A stretch of 64,000 bases of DNA, from the NCBI GenBank assembly GCA_050273025.1, contig CP158635.1:5084001-5148000 (forward strand), written 5' to 3'. Each line of letters starts with the position of its first letter. Position 1 is the stretch's first letter. The position numbers and the translations under genes are program-made. Shown one piece after another: positions 1 to 11,779 of this stretch. Under the pieces are notes generated by a model. The model had not been told where the DNA came from and searched no databases. It worked only from the letters and a program-made list of their open reading frames with translations. Source of the stretch: Cenococcum geophilum. Lineage: Eukaryota.

Positions 1-3000
1 CTAGTATAAAGTAAGCTAGGATAGGTACTTTAGTAAAAGCATCTTTAAGGTCTTAAAACGCCTTCTTATATTTAGGCGTCCAGATAAAACGTAAATATAT
101 TTTTCTTCCTTTCGCGAAAAGGCCCTTTATTCGCATTATTGCTATAAGTAGTACTATAATACCCGAGAAGTTATATATAAATTTTTAATAGAAGTTAGTA
201 AAACTAAGGAAAGCTTATACGTCCTTAATGCAGTTAGGGATTTGCTATTTAGTAATTGTGCGTACCTTCTTAGAGTCCATACGGATACCCTTAGTAGTAA
301 TAATTAGTCTAAGGTATTTTACTTCTATGACTAAGAATTCGTACTTCTTTAAATTAATATAAAGTCCTGCGTCCCTAAGGCGCTATAGGACCTTTTAAAC
401 GTGCTCAGTATGCTTAGAAGGGTCGTCGCTATAAATAAGTATATCGTCTAGGTACGCAGAGCAGAAGTTATTAAGGTAGTCCTATAAGGCGTTATTAATA
501 TAGCTTTAGAAGCTGCCTAGGCCGTTATATACGCTAAAGGGCATAACGGTATATTTAAATTAGCTAAAGCGTAATACAAATACGGTTTTCTATTCGTCAC
601 CTTCCCGTATTTAGAGGCGGTTAAAGGCGGCGATAATATTAAGCTTGGTATAGATTTTAGCTTGGCTAAGCCGCTTAAGAGTCTTATATATAAGCGGTAT
701 AGGGTATTAGTTCTTAATTATAATAGCGTTAAGTCCTCTATAGTTAACGCAGAATTAAATACTTCCTCCTAGCTTCTTAGCAAGGAGGATAGGGGCGGCT
801 GCTAGGGATATACTAGGACAAATAAACCCTTTATTAAGGTGCTCGTTAATATATTTTTTAACAACTAGAAGTTCGTCTTTTAATATTAGGTAAGGTCTCT
901 TATAGGGTAGCGTTTTTCCTTATTTAATATTAATAGTATAGTCGTTAGGTTAATATAGGGGGAGTATATCTACGCTCTTTTATAAGCATATATTAATAAA
1001 GTTATAATACCTCTTAGGGAGGAGCTTACGGAGTTCCTTATTAGTAAGTCCTTTTTTAAGCTTTATAAACTTCTTAAAGTCTAAAGGTAAAAGTCTATAG
1101 AGTTCTACGGGGGCATCGTTTTCTAAAAGGTTAACTATATCTATCCTATTACTGTAAAGGACGTAGTCCTATTCTTTATTAAGCTTATATAGTCATAATT
1201 AGGAGGCTACGGTAATGGTCTAGCCTTTCCTATATACTATGCAGTAGAAGGCCGCGGCACTTACATAGTAGTAATTAGTCGTAGGTAGAGTAATAAGGGG
1301 TTCCTTAGGTTAGTATCCTAGGGAGTAGATAAAGGCGGCTAGGCTATATCCTAGGCAAGTCTCTCTACAGTATTTAGAGTTAAAGGTTACTTCTCTCTTT
1401 TTCCAGTTAATGGCGGGGTTGTATTATTTAAGCTAGTTTATTCTAAGGATAATAGGGTAGTTAGTAAGTAGTATAATATAGGCCTAGAGCTCTTCCTGGT
1501 ACCTGTTTATATCTAGGTAGAGTTATACCATATAGGTAATCTTCTATGCGGTATAACTACCGTTAGCGAGTTATAGGGCGCGGGCTTTAGTAAGGGGTAA
1601 GGTAGGTAGGTTATAAGTACGTATAAATTAAGTATCTACAAATTTATTAGTAGCTCCGCAATTAATTATAGAACGGCTTTTATATTATTTTTTAGCAGTA
1701 ATTCCTATTATAGGTAAAACTATCTATTTCCGTCTATTTATCTTTACTAAGTTATCTATTAAGCAGGCCGATATATAGATCCCCTTATTATTAGGGCGTC
1801 CTAACCTACGACTTAGGGCTAGGACTTAGCGTTTTCCGTTTCCATATCCAACTCTACCGCTATTACTACGTCTTCGTCTTATACGGTAGTGGTATATAGT
1901 AATATATTTAGTGTCCGGGGCATAGGGTTAGGTATTAGACGGCGGTTACCAAACCTAGCTATTGGGCAGTTTGGGTTCTCGTAATAACAGCCTTCTTAAC
2001 GGCATCTATAGCAGCGCCCCAGTTTCCGGAGTAGCTTACGCTCTCTATCTTAGAGTTTTTATAGAAAAGTTAGTATAGAGAGGTTAATATTAGCTCTAGT
2101 AGTGGCATTTAGGGTAGTAGGCGTTGGTGGCTTAGTATATATAGGTTTAGTAGGTCCCGAGGGCTTCTATAGGGTGGTCTTTAGGCGGAGGTTTATAGTA
2201 GCAATCTGGTTCAGCCGTCATTTAATCTTCCGTAGGGCTGCTACCATATCGTAAACGTCGTTATAATTATAGCTAGCGGCTGTATAACTAAGGCAATAAG
2301 TGACTTTTTTAAGAAGATCTTCTTAGTCTTTAGTATCGTCTTAGGCGAGGACTCCGGTATATTCCTAGAATTTAATATAAAACTTATTAAATAATTTAGT
2401 AGGACTTATCTTTAGGGTATATAGTTTGGCTTAACTAGTGGCTACTAGGTCGTGGTCGCGGTATATTTAGTTAAGGTCATTAAGGACTTCTTAGTGGGAC
2501 TACCACTTTTAGGGACTGCTAGTCTCCTATTAAGCAAAGAGCCTACTAAACGGGATACCCTTTGTTCGCCCGATAATATAGCCAATCTTAGCATCTTCTA
2601 TAGGGAAAAGGCAGGCGCTTTAGGTTAGTTTCTTACAGATTTATATCTTTTAGTGGCTATATTCCTTACGGTCACCCTTAAAGATTAGGGGATTAAGGTA
2701 GCGTATATTAGACCCTATAGTAGCAGTTTAGGTTCGGTCGTTATAGCTTTCGTTATTACCGCTATAGTAGGGGTTCTTATTAGGCGAAGCTGCTTAGCAC
2801 TAACCCTTTATTAAGCGTTAAGTAGGTAAGGTTGCCGGGGGCGTAGAGATATAGGTGGCGTTATATGCAGTAGAGGGGTGTCTAGTATTATTATAAATGT
2901 ACTCGTTAAGCTAAGATTATAGGTATTTAATTATACCCTCTCTTTTAGTAACTGTAGCAATAAGTATAATCTTAGCCTTCTTTAATTATTAGATGTCGCG

Positions 3001-3769
3001 TTTAGACACACAGAGGTTATCTTTAATCTCTTAGCGTATATTATTAGCGAGCGCCTTATAAGCTTATAGGTCTTAGATAATATTATAATTTTAGGCAATA
3101 CGCATCTTAGCTTATATAAGCTTTAGATAGTAGTTCTATAAAAGGCAGTAGTATTTATTAGGTTCTTATGTTACCATTTTTATAAATATCTTAGCGTTTC
3201 GTATCTCGATCTTAATGGGTAGTAGCCCTTTAGCTTATTTGTCCGTAGTTATATAGTTAATAAAAGATAAGACATTGTTAATATCCCCCTCGTTAAGGTC
3301 GTCGTAGTCTTTTAAGCCACTAGGCTTCCTTTTAGGAGTTAAGGCTAGGGCTAATAAATTAAATCCTCCTGGGATTAATTGGCGTTATAGGTTTAATATA
3401 GGTATTGGGTTATTCTTTAAGTTTAATATAATAGCTAGTAAGGAATTTCGTCTTACTATTATGGTTCTTTAGAGGTACAAAGTGGGAGATACGCTGCTTC
3501 TAGTAGCGTCTGTAGTATTGTAGAGACGTAGAGTTGGTTATAGGCTGGGCGTTAGTGAAAAAAAGGCGCAACGTAATGTTATGGGACGTAGGTAATGGCT
3601 ATAAAGCGTATGTATTCGAGGAGTCTATAAGACGTTACGCGATCGATCGTAAGGGTTAAGGGCGTAAGGAGGTGATATACCTACGCGTAGCTGACGTAAG
3701 CTGTACGCGAGGTGTACGTAAGAGCACGGGGCTCTCCTATGGAGGCCCCTGCGGTGGGGTTCCGTGACA
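1..3769 (-). mobile_element. Ty3/Gypsy LTR retrotransposon A (5' LTR, gag, protease, RT; runs off the window start), RIP-degenerate
   Basis: Minus strand reads FCSAYLDDILIYSDD (RT YxDD, ~422-466), protease MIDCGAT (~1650-1675) and gag knuckle GRCYRC..EGC (~1965-2020). LTR at 3577-3769. Inserted into the 5' LTR of element B. Confidence 0.93.
3577..3769 (-). repeat. 5' LTR of Gypsy A
   Basis: Minus strand begins TGTCAC and ends TAACA (RIP form of TGACA). It is followed by the PBS-like TTACGTTGCGCC and then gag. Confidence 0.8.
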
Positions 3770-3887
3770 ATTCCCTTCTCTTCTTTACGCAACGTCTTGT
3801 TCTTAGCAAGAGCTATATACCCTTAGATTTAGATAGAATTTATATTATTCCTTTAAATCTTTCCTAAAGTCTCTCCGCGCCTTTATA
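3770..3887 (+). repeat. 3' part of the 5' LTR of Gypsy B (interrupted by element A)
   Basis: Near-identical to 48568-48685 (attcccttctcttctttacgcaacgtcttgttcttagc...ctctccgcgc). Confidence 0.92.
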
Positions 3888-6800
3888 TTACGTTGCGTTA
3901 ATACTAATACCCTTAAAATAGTAAATAAACTTAAATCCGCCACGATAACTATTATGGCCCTAGTTAGGAAATAAATAACTATAATGCAATAGTCCTTTAT
4001 AGATGCCTTAGCCTAATAACGAACTATACTAGAAGCTTAGTATTAGTAATTAATTAAAGCAATATATAAAGAACTCTATAACGCTAAAGTACTTATATTA
4101 GAGACCCTAATAGTAACACCTATAAATAAAATTAAAATAACTATATATAAACCCAACCTATTAAATATAAACCCTAAACTAGTAATAGCAGCTTAACCTA
4201 CATTTATAATAAACCTAATACCTACTATGAAATCTAAAAAGCTCCCTAACCTTCTAATATTTAATAAAAATTAAAATAACCTACGTCCCTTTATAACTAA
4301 GCTCCGTTTTAAACTTTTAATAAACTATAACTAATACCCTACTAAAGCTAGTAAGATTAGCTATAGAATGTCTTATTTAAGTAAAAACGCTATACAAACT
4401 ATAGACCTATTCTTCCGTAATAGCACCTTTATTAATTTTAAAATCTTTATCTCTCTACTAAAATAAATGTATAATAACACCAGCCGTAAATATATAGCTG
4501 TTACTAAACTTAAAAACCTATAATAACAGAACCGAGACTTTACTAGCTTCTTTTTAGAATTTTTAGGCCTTATTAGTAAACTAGATTAGAATAAAGCCGC
4601 TAAAGTTACTGCTCTCTGTTAAGCTATTTTAGATAAAATTAGAGTATAGTTAATAGGTAAAGAACTGCTAAAGGACTTACCTAAATTTACTATAATATGC
4701 CAATAAATTAATAAGGACCTTTAATATACTAAATAGACTTATTTCCTAAAGCTAACTATACCTCACGTTTAAAACTCTACAAAACTAATATATACCCTAA
4801 AGCGTGACCCGCCTTTAAGACCTAAAAGCCCTATATATAACCCTATAGACTTTAACGCTACTTAATCCTATATACCCTTAGGAACTAATAAATAAAGAAT
4901 ATAAGCCATAAATAGAGAATGTTTTAAATATGGAAAAAAGGGATATATTTAAAGGGATTACTAAACTTACCCTTTTAAAAAGGTCCGCTGTAACTCCTCT
5001 TAGTTTTTAAGTCGCACTTATTTTATAAATTATACTTAGTCGCTATAAAGTATCTTACCTTTAGTTAATTTAGAAAATAAATTATCCTAGGGCTAAGTCG
5101 CGCCTTAAAATAAAAAGTAGAAGAGTATAAGTATCTAGGCTTTTCTAGCGCTAATATATAATATAACTCCCTTAATATACTTAGCGAAATTTAAATACTT
5201 AGAAAATAGAAGGAAGTATAAATCCTTATAAATAGCGGAGCTACTAGTATAGGCTTTATTAATATAAACTACACAAAAACTTAACGCTTAAATTTAAATA
5301 AACTTAATAAGCCCTAAGGCCTATAAGGCTTTAATAGTAAGCCTTTAATATACGGTAAACTAATATACTATATTTTTATAAAGATGTGGATAGGCAAATA
5401 CCTTAAATATATTTCCCTATTTATAATACCCTTAAAGTATTATAAGGTAATACTTAGATATAAATAGCTGAAATAACACAACCCTTTAATTAGCTGAGTT
5501 AAAGAAACACTAAAATTCCGTATAACCTACTACTAAAGTTATTACTTAAAACACTACTTGCCCTATAACTACTAATTGCGGTAAAGAATGCGAAGATAAT
5601 ATATTAAAACCCCTTAAAATTTATATAGTATAAGCCGCACCCTTTTACTTATTAGTAAGAAAACGAGACTATAAGATCTTTACTATAACACTAGAACATA
5701 TTAAGAAAGCGTTAAAACTAAAGTAATATATTAACCCCTAACCTCTTATACCTAAAGAATATTATAATTTAATTAATATATTTAAAAAACAATTTACAGA
5801 CGAACTATCCCCGTATTAAGACGAGTATAATTTTAAGATAGAACTTAAACCTAGTATAATACTAAAATTCGGCCCATTATATGGTATATTATAAGAAGAG
5901 CTACTTATAATATAATAATACCTTAAAGAGCACCTAGAGAAAGGATTTATTTACCCTAGTTAATTACTATTTGCCTTGCTTATACTATTTATTAAAAAAC
6001 CTAAAAAAGGCTTAAGGTTCTATATTAATTATTAAGCCTTAAATACGATTATGATTTAAAACTAATATCTAATTTCTCTACTTTAAGAAATACTTAACCG
6101 CTTAGTAAAAGTATAATACTTTATAAAGCTTAACGTAGTTACTGCCTTTAATTAAATCCGTATTTATAAAGGAGATAAAAAGTATATAGCTTTCTATATA
6201 TAATAGGGACTTTTTAAATACCTAGTAATGCTATTTAGTATAAAAAACGGTTCTAGTATATTTTAGTAATACGTTAACAATGCACTTCACGAATTCCTTA
6301 ATATATTTGTTACTATATATATTAATAATATCTTAATTTACTTATCTTTACTTTCTAAGCATTAAAAGCACATTTAAATAGTCCTTAAATACTTATAAGA
6401 CGCGGGCTTATAATATAATATTAAGAAATAATAATAATAATTCATTGCTTAACGTCCGATTTGGATCCCTATTGGGCCTACGCAGACTACTCCTTATTTA
6501 TATATAGGGAGAAAACTCAACTTAAGAAAGACTTAACTTAAGAAAACCCCATAATCTATCTCCTTGCCTCTTAGGACTCGCCTATAAGGCGCCTATAAGG
6601 CGCCTATAAGTCACCTATAATGCTTTTACTACCTTACTTTTTAACCTCTTTAGGAACTACTGCTGCCGTAACTAGCCTATAGACGCGCTAGTATTGTATA
6701 CTTTACTCTACTACTATAGAGTCATTAGGGGGCGCTCGTTGCTCGCCCCCCCCGCCCTTTATTGTTATTTCCTTTGCGACCCAGAACTGGTTTAGTATAT

Positions 6801-8207
6801 TTTAGCTAATAAGCTATTAGGTAACCGCCTTAAGGCCTTTTTATATTAAAAGCAGTGTCTTATAGTTCTCTATGCTAGCTACTAAGAGTATTACTTCTTG
6901 GTTAGTGCGTAAGGGGTATAATAGTATTACGTGTTTTGGTATCTATCTTAGCCAGCTATATTTGTATCTTAGGCTACCTACTAGGACACCTACCTAGTAG
7001 AGCCAGTCTTTTAGTCCTATTATTCCTGTTCTTAAAAGCGTTACTATTATATTTTCTACCTTTATTAGGCCTTCTTGGAGCCCTAGGGTGTTTACCCCCT
7101 ATAGCGTTAACTATGCTACGGCTTGGGTTCCTCTTGCCTTAGTTAGCCTCTATACCTTTAACTCTTATATACCTCTCTAGCGTTAGTCCAGCCAGTATTA
7201 TATTATAGTAGATGGTTTTCTAGCGTTCTTTTATACTCTACTTTAGCTCCTTTCTCTCTCTTACTGTTGTCCTTACTAGCCTTTTATATGTCTCTCTTTC
7301 TCCTTTATATAGGCCTAGGCCCTAAAGTAGCACTATTTTTCTTTTGCTTTCTTTACCTGTTTCTCTAATATATCTTCCCTACTTTAGGGTTATTAGTTTG
7401 TTCTCCTATAAGGCGCCCTAAGGTCCCTCTATAGTTTATTTAGGCGTATCTTAATATACTTTATAATATTAAAGTTATGTTCCTTTTACGCCCTTTATAT
7501 TGCAGCGGCTTTAATATATAGTTATAGGGGGAGAATATTAGCTTCCTTCTTAAGTAGAGCTATAGCCGTTTGCTTATATCCGCCTATTATACTCTAAAGG
7601 TAGGCTATTTAGTAGGTAGTTATATATTAGCTAGTAATATAGTAGAGTTTAATATACCTACTTATTTAAGCCTCTACCCTAGTTTTCTAGTGCTTTAGTC
7701 CTAGTCTATAAGCAGTTAGCTGCCACCACCACTCGTATAGGGAATTTCACTATTCTTTTAAATATCTTATAACGGGTTATTAGCCTAAGTACTAGTTTAC
7801 CCCCCAGTAGTCTGTATAAGAGTCTCCTCCTAAAGTTAGTACGCTTTTACACAGCTTAAGAGCCTTCTATAGCCTCTAGTTTTACGCCTTTTCTATTATT
7901 TTTGCCGGTATAGGCATAAGCTGCCATTTCCAGGGGTTATAACTCCCGTCTTATACGCCTACTAGCGTAGTCCTATAAAGGCGTTATAGCTATATCCTAT
8001 AATATAGACTTAGGCGCACTTTCTATAGTTAGGCCTAGCCAAAACCTTTCTGCCTAAGTAACTTCTGTTTACTCCTTAAGTATATCTCGCTAGCGTACCG
8101 CCCTAGAGATAAACGGTTCCGTCTATTAATATACCAACACGAGCATCCGTTTTCTTAAGCTATATAGTAGTCTTTCTAGCTAGGACGTAATCCTACCTAC
8201 CTACTAG

Positions 8208-10579
8208 TAGGGGTAAGAATTACAGTGTATCTTTGGAAGGTGATGGTAAGCTTGGCGTATTGAGCGTATTTTTGCTCAATACTGTGACATTGGGTATTTT
8301 TCAGGGGCTGGTGGCAGTTCACGATATACGCCCAGTGTGATATAAAATACGCTAAAACACGTGACTGTACGGACCTTCTGCAATGTCAAACGCGCTTAAT
8401 GCGCTTAACGCGCATTATTAAATTATTAACTACCACCTCTACCACTATATTAATCCGTAATAAGGCTTTTAAATAACAAAGTATTGCTAGCGTTTAAGTC
8501 TTTTATACGTCCTAATTGATCGGTAAGTTCCTTATAGCCCCTGTAGGCCTAGAGCTAACTTTTCTACTAGTGTAATTATATGCGCTGCTTATACTGCGGT
8601 AACGAGGCTATAAAAAATACCTCCTGCCAATTTAACCACCTTATATGCTGCTAAAGTTATCTAAACGCCTGTAAGGCTAAAGGTAAAGTAACTCCTGCTA
8701 CTTAAAAGGCTTCTAAGGCCTACAATAACTCTACCGATAAACCTACTTAGAAAAAGCTGAAGACGAATTCCACCACCTATACGCGTCAACGCCTTTTAGA
8801 AAAGAAGGCTACATGCATAATTATATATAACGCTCGCCCGTTTTAGCTGTTTTAAGATACAGCCTCGTAGGACTTTATATTAAGTCTTAATAATTTATTT
8901 AAGATACCTAATAAAACAACGTTTGCTAGAACACTACTTAAGGAGATATACGCTACAACTATAGAGGATGTTAAGCAGTATATTAGCACCTAAAAATACC
9001 TTAACTTTATTATTGACAAGTCTAGCAATATACTCCACAAGCGTGTAATTAACCTCTATTATAATACACCAAATAGTGCACTTTATATTAAATTAGAAGT
9101 GGTAGATCTAGGGGCAAAATGTAATGTAGAATGGATATTTAGATAGGTTAGAAAGGAGATTAAGTATCTACTTGGTTCGTAAGGTATATTAAAACTTACC
9201 TAAGCTTAGTGCTAAATAATGTAGATTCGGACTTTAAGCGTGTTAACTCCCTTGCCACCGACACTTGCTTAACTATATAATCCCTATGGGAACTTATATA
9301 TAAAGATGAGGATCTTCAGCACGTATTCACCGTTCCTTGCGACAGCTATAGCCTATAGCTGCTTATAAAGGATATACTTAAACGGATCTCTTGGTTTAAA
9401 ATAGTGTTCGCTAACGCCTAGAGTATATTAACGAAATTCCGTATATCACCAAAACAGCTCTCTATACTGCGGCGCCACTAGAAGACGAAGAAAGCCTTCT
9501 CTGCTGCAGTTATTACACATTAGGGTACTTAGCTGGCTATTGCGTAATTAGTAAAGGATAATTAGGAGGCTATTAAGGCGTACTGCCTTAATTAAGATGT
9601 AGACGTTAATGCAGCATTTTGAGGTCAAGCTATCGCGGGACCCTTTTTTTAACAGCTCGGCCACTTCCTATACCTCTTTAAGCCTCTTTATGAGGCTCAG
9701 AAGATGTCAGAATTAGACCGCGCACGCCTTAGATATGTCTTTGGACGCTAGCAATCTATCTACCAGCATTTCTGTAACGCTAGCGTCGCATATCCTTAGG
9801 CGAAGGAGGTGCTTAATTAGGTGTTCCACCCGCGTATAGCTAAACAGGTAGTTCCTATATATTGGGCTGCTTACTACCTCGACCCTGCTTACGTAGGTTC
9901 AGAAATAAGCGTTAAATGTTAAAAGCAGGTCCTTAATTTTATTCGTAAGCATATGCCGGCCAATCGGGAGGCTGCTGCCTTGCAGTCATACTTCAGCTAC
10001 TACTATAAGGAGGACGAATTTGCTTCTACCAATTACTGTTAGTAGTATATAAATAAGCCAAACTTATTTTGGTCCTCTATAAGAGTTACTACACCCAATT
10101 TAGCTGATTTAGCGCACCATCTATATTTTATATAGGCCAATTTAGTGCCCTCCGAGCGCTTATTTAGTATAGTAAAGCTTATATACTCCCGAACAAGGGC
10201 CTCTACCAATCCTAAACGGGTAGATATACAGACGGCCGTTTATATCAACTAGCGGGTATTTAATTATCATGGGGGCAAGTATTACGAACCGTTTAATTGG
10301 AACTAGCTAGATAAGCAGGAGCGTCTTAAATAGGAGAACTTAATTATTAAGCATAAGTATGTAGAGGCTAATAGGCGCGTCAGTGAGGTAGCGAATTGAT
10401 ATTATATATATTTGACCCCTACGTATTAATTTAATTGATTACCAAAAGTTCGCAACACCAAGTCTATATCTAAAATCCTATATATTTTATATAGTGGTAG
10501 TAATTTTGAATTAATACACGTATTTTAGTAAGCAGAGCTTATGACAATATAACATGTAATTTTAGAGACCCTAGCCCTA
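8208..10579 (+). mobile_element. hAT DNA transposon nested in the LINE
   Basis: 8-bp TSD CCTACTAG at 8200-8207 and 10580-10587. Short imperfect TIRs (TAGGGGTA / TAGGGCTA, each followed by AATTACA). Contains a transposase remnant. Confidence 0.9.
8447..10399 (+). pseudogene. hAT transposase, RIP-inactivated
   Basis: BED-like MRCLYCG (~8580), FIIDKSS (~9006), LATDTC (~9251), VPCDS(H)SLQLLIKDI (CxxH, ~9332), IT(R)WGT (~9511), hATC motif ANSVPSER.FS (~10136). Probable GT-AG intron ~9179-9224. Confidence 0.88.
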
Positions 10580-11694
10580 CCTACTAGATGTACTAAGGGT
10601 TAGAGCCTAGCTAAAGGGTAAGGTCTTTAGAGCTAGCAGTAGCTATTACGTACTACGCCCCATAGGAGGTTCCCGTTTTGCGTTGCCTATAAGAGTCTTC
10701 TTATAATAGGCCGACCGTATTTTATAGGAGAGGGGCTATAAAGACACTAGGTCCCGTACCAGACGACTTACTCCCCCCTTTCCTACTAACTAAGCTTATA
10801 TCCCCCCCTTTTATAAGCTGGCCTATATCTCTAACTATTAAAACCTCGTTTAACTAGCCTGTGTTTCCCCTATAGCCTCCCCCATATATATATATTAGGT
10901 TATATACACTACACCTATTAAGACCCTCTTATAAGTCGCCTTATATATATACGCATTAGGTTACATGCACTACGCCTATTAAGACCCTCCTATAAGTTAT
11001 TTATGAGTCAACTATAGGTTAACTGTAAGTTAACTAAGTCGTATGCCATAGGGCCGTTAAAGCTGGCCTATATTTCCGCTGCCTAGAGCTTTGCCCGTAT
11101 TTCCACCTTATTAAGCCGTCTAGTCGCCATCACGTCGCCGTCACGTCGCTGTCGCGTTGCTGTTGTCTAGGTCGCGCGTACTACGCCTATTAAGACCCTC
11201 CTCTAAGTTACTTAGGTATACTAGATACCAAATAGGCTCTTATAAAGGGGCCTTAATAAGTTCTTTAGGTAGGGCCTTAATAAGTTCTTCGCGGTGGCCT
11301 TAGGGCCTTAATAAGTTTTATATAAAGTATCTATAACGCGTTAACCTTAATAAGTTCTTATAAAAAGAGGTTCCCTACGCCCTTGCCGTATCCTCTTAAT
11401 CTTAGAGCTAGTGTAAGCCTAAGGGTGTCCTATTGTACGCCTAGGGCGCGTCCACGTTAACTAGCTAAGTAAGGCCAGTTTCGGGCCTGGCTGCGAGCCA
11501 GGTAGTCGTACGTCGGGCGGTTTTTGTATCCTAGTTTCCCTTAATGGCCCCCCTAGATAGTATGGCAGGAGCCCTAAGTAGGGGCAGTAGGACTCCTAGT
11601 GTTGTTAAGGGCGATATACGCGTCGCGGGCTCAATACTACAGAGTCGCAACACCAGCGCGCTGCGCGCGCTGCGACGGCTCTCCTCTATCGCTT

Positions 11695-11779
11695 CTGCAC
11701 TTAGCCATTATAAGGAATGATTTCCCGATAATGTTTCCACCCGCGGCGACGTAGACGCGTACAGTAGGGCTTTGCGGGC
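11695..11779 (-). ncRNA. HDV-like self-cleaving ribozyme at the LINE 5' end (RIP-damaged)
   Basis: Minus strand: P1 GCCCGC(A), J1/2 AAGCCCUA, P2 CUGUAC, P3 GCG, L3 UCUACGU, P3' CGC, P1' CGCGGGU, GG (P1.1), AAA, P4 CAUUAU...AUAAUG, J4/2 GCUAA, P2' GUGCAG. G1-U wobble present, and G1 abuts the TSD. Confidence 0.85.

Larger units (their letters stand above)
6431..11779 (-). mobile_element. Internally deleted (non-autonomous) Tad1-like LINE with 5' ribozyme, (TTA)n tail and nested hAT
   Basis: 14-bp TSD AATATTAAGAAATA at 6417-6430 and 11780-11793; (aat)n tail at 6431-6440. Minus strand encodes the RT C-terminal motif CL.SI.GGYKQTAIALLEKE (~7545-7605) and a C-terminal HV.LLCP..R motif (~6900-6935). 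7630-7730 resembles the ORF1 region at ~57708-57820. Confidence 0.85.

Noticed and set aside
6936..7142. ORF-track 68-aa hydrophobic ORF
   Set aside because: Antisense to the RIP-mutated LINE ORF2 C-terminus; chance frame.
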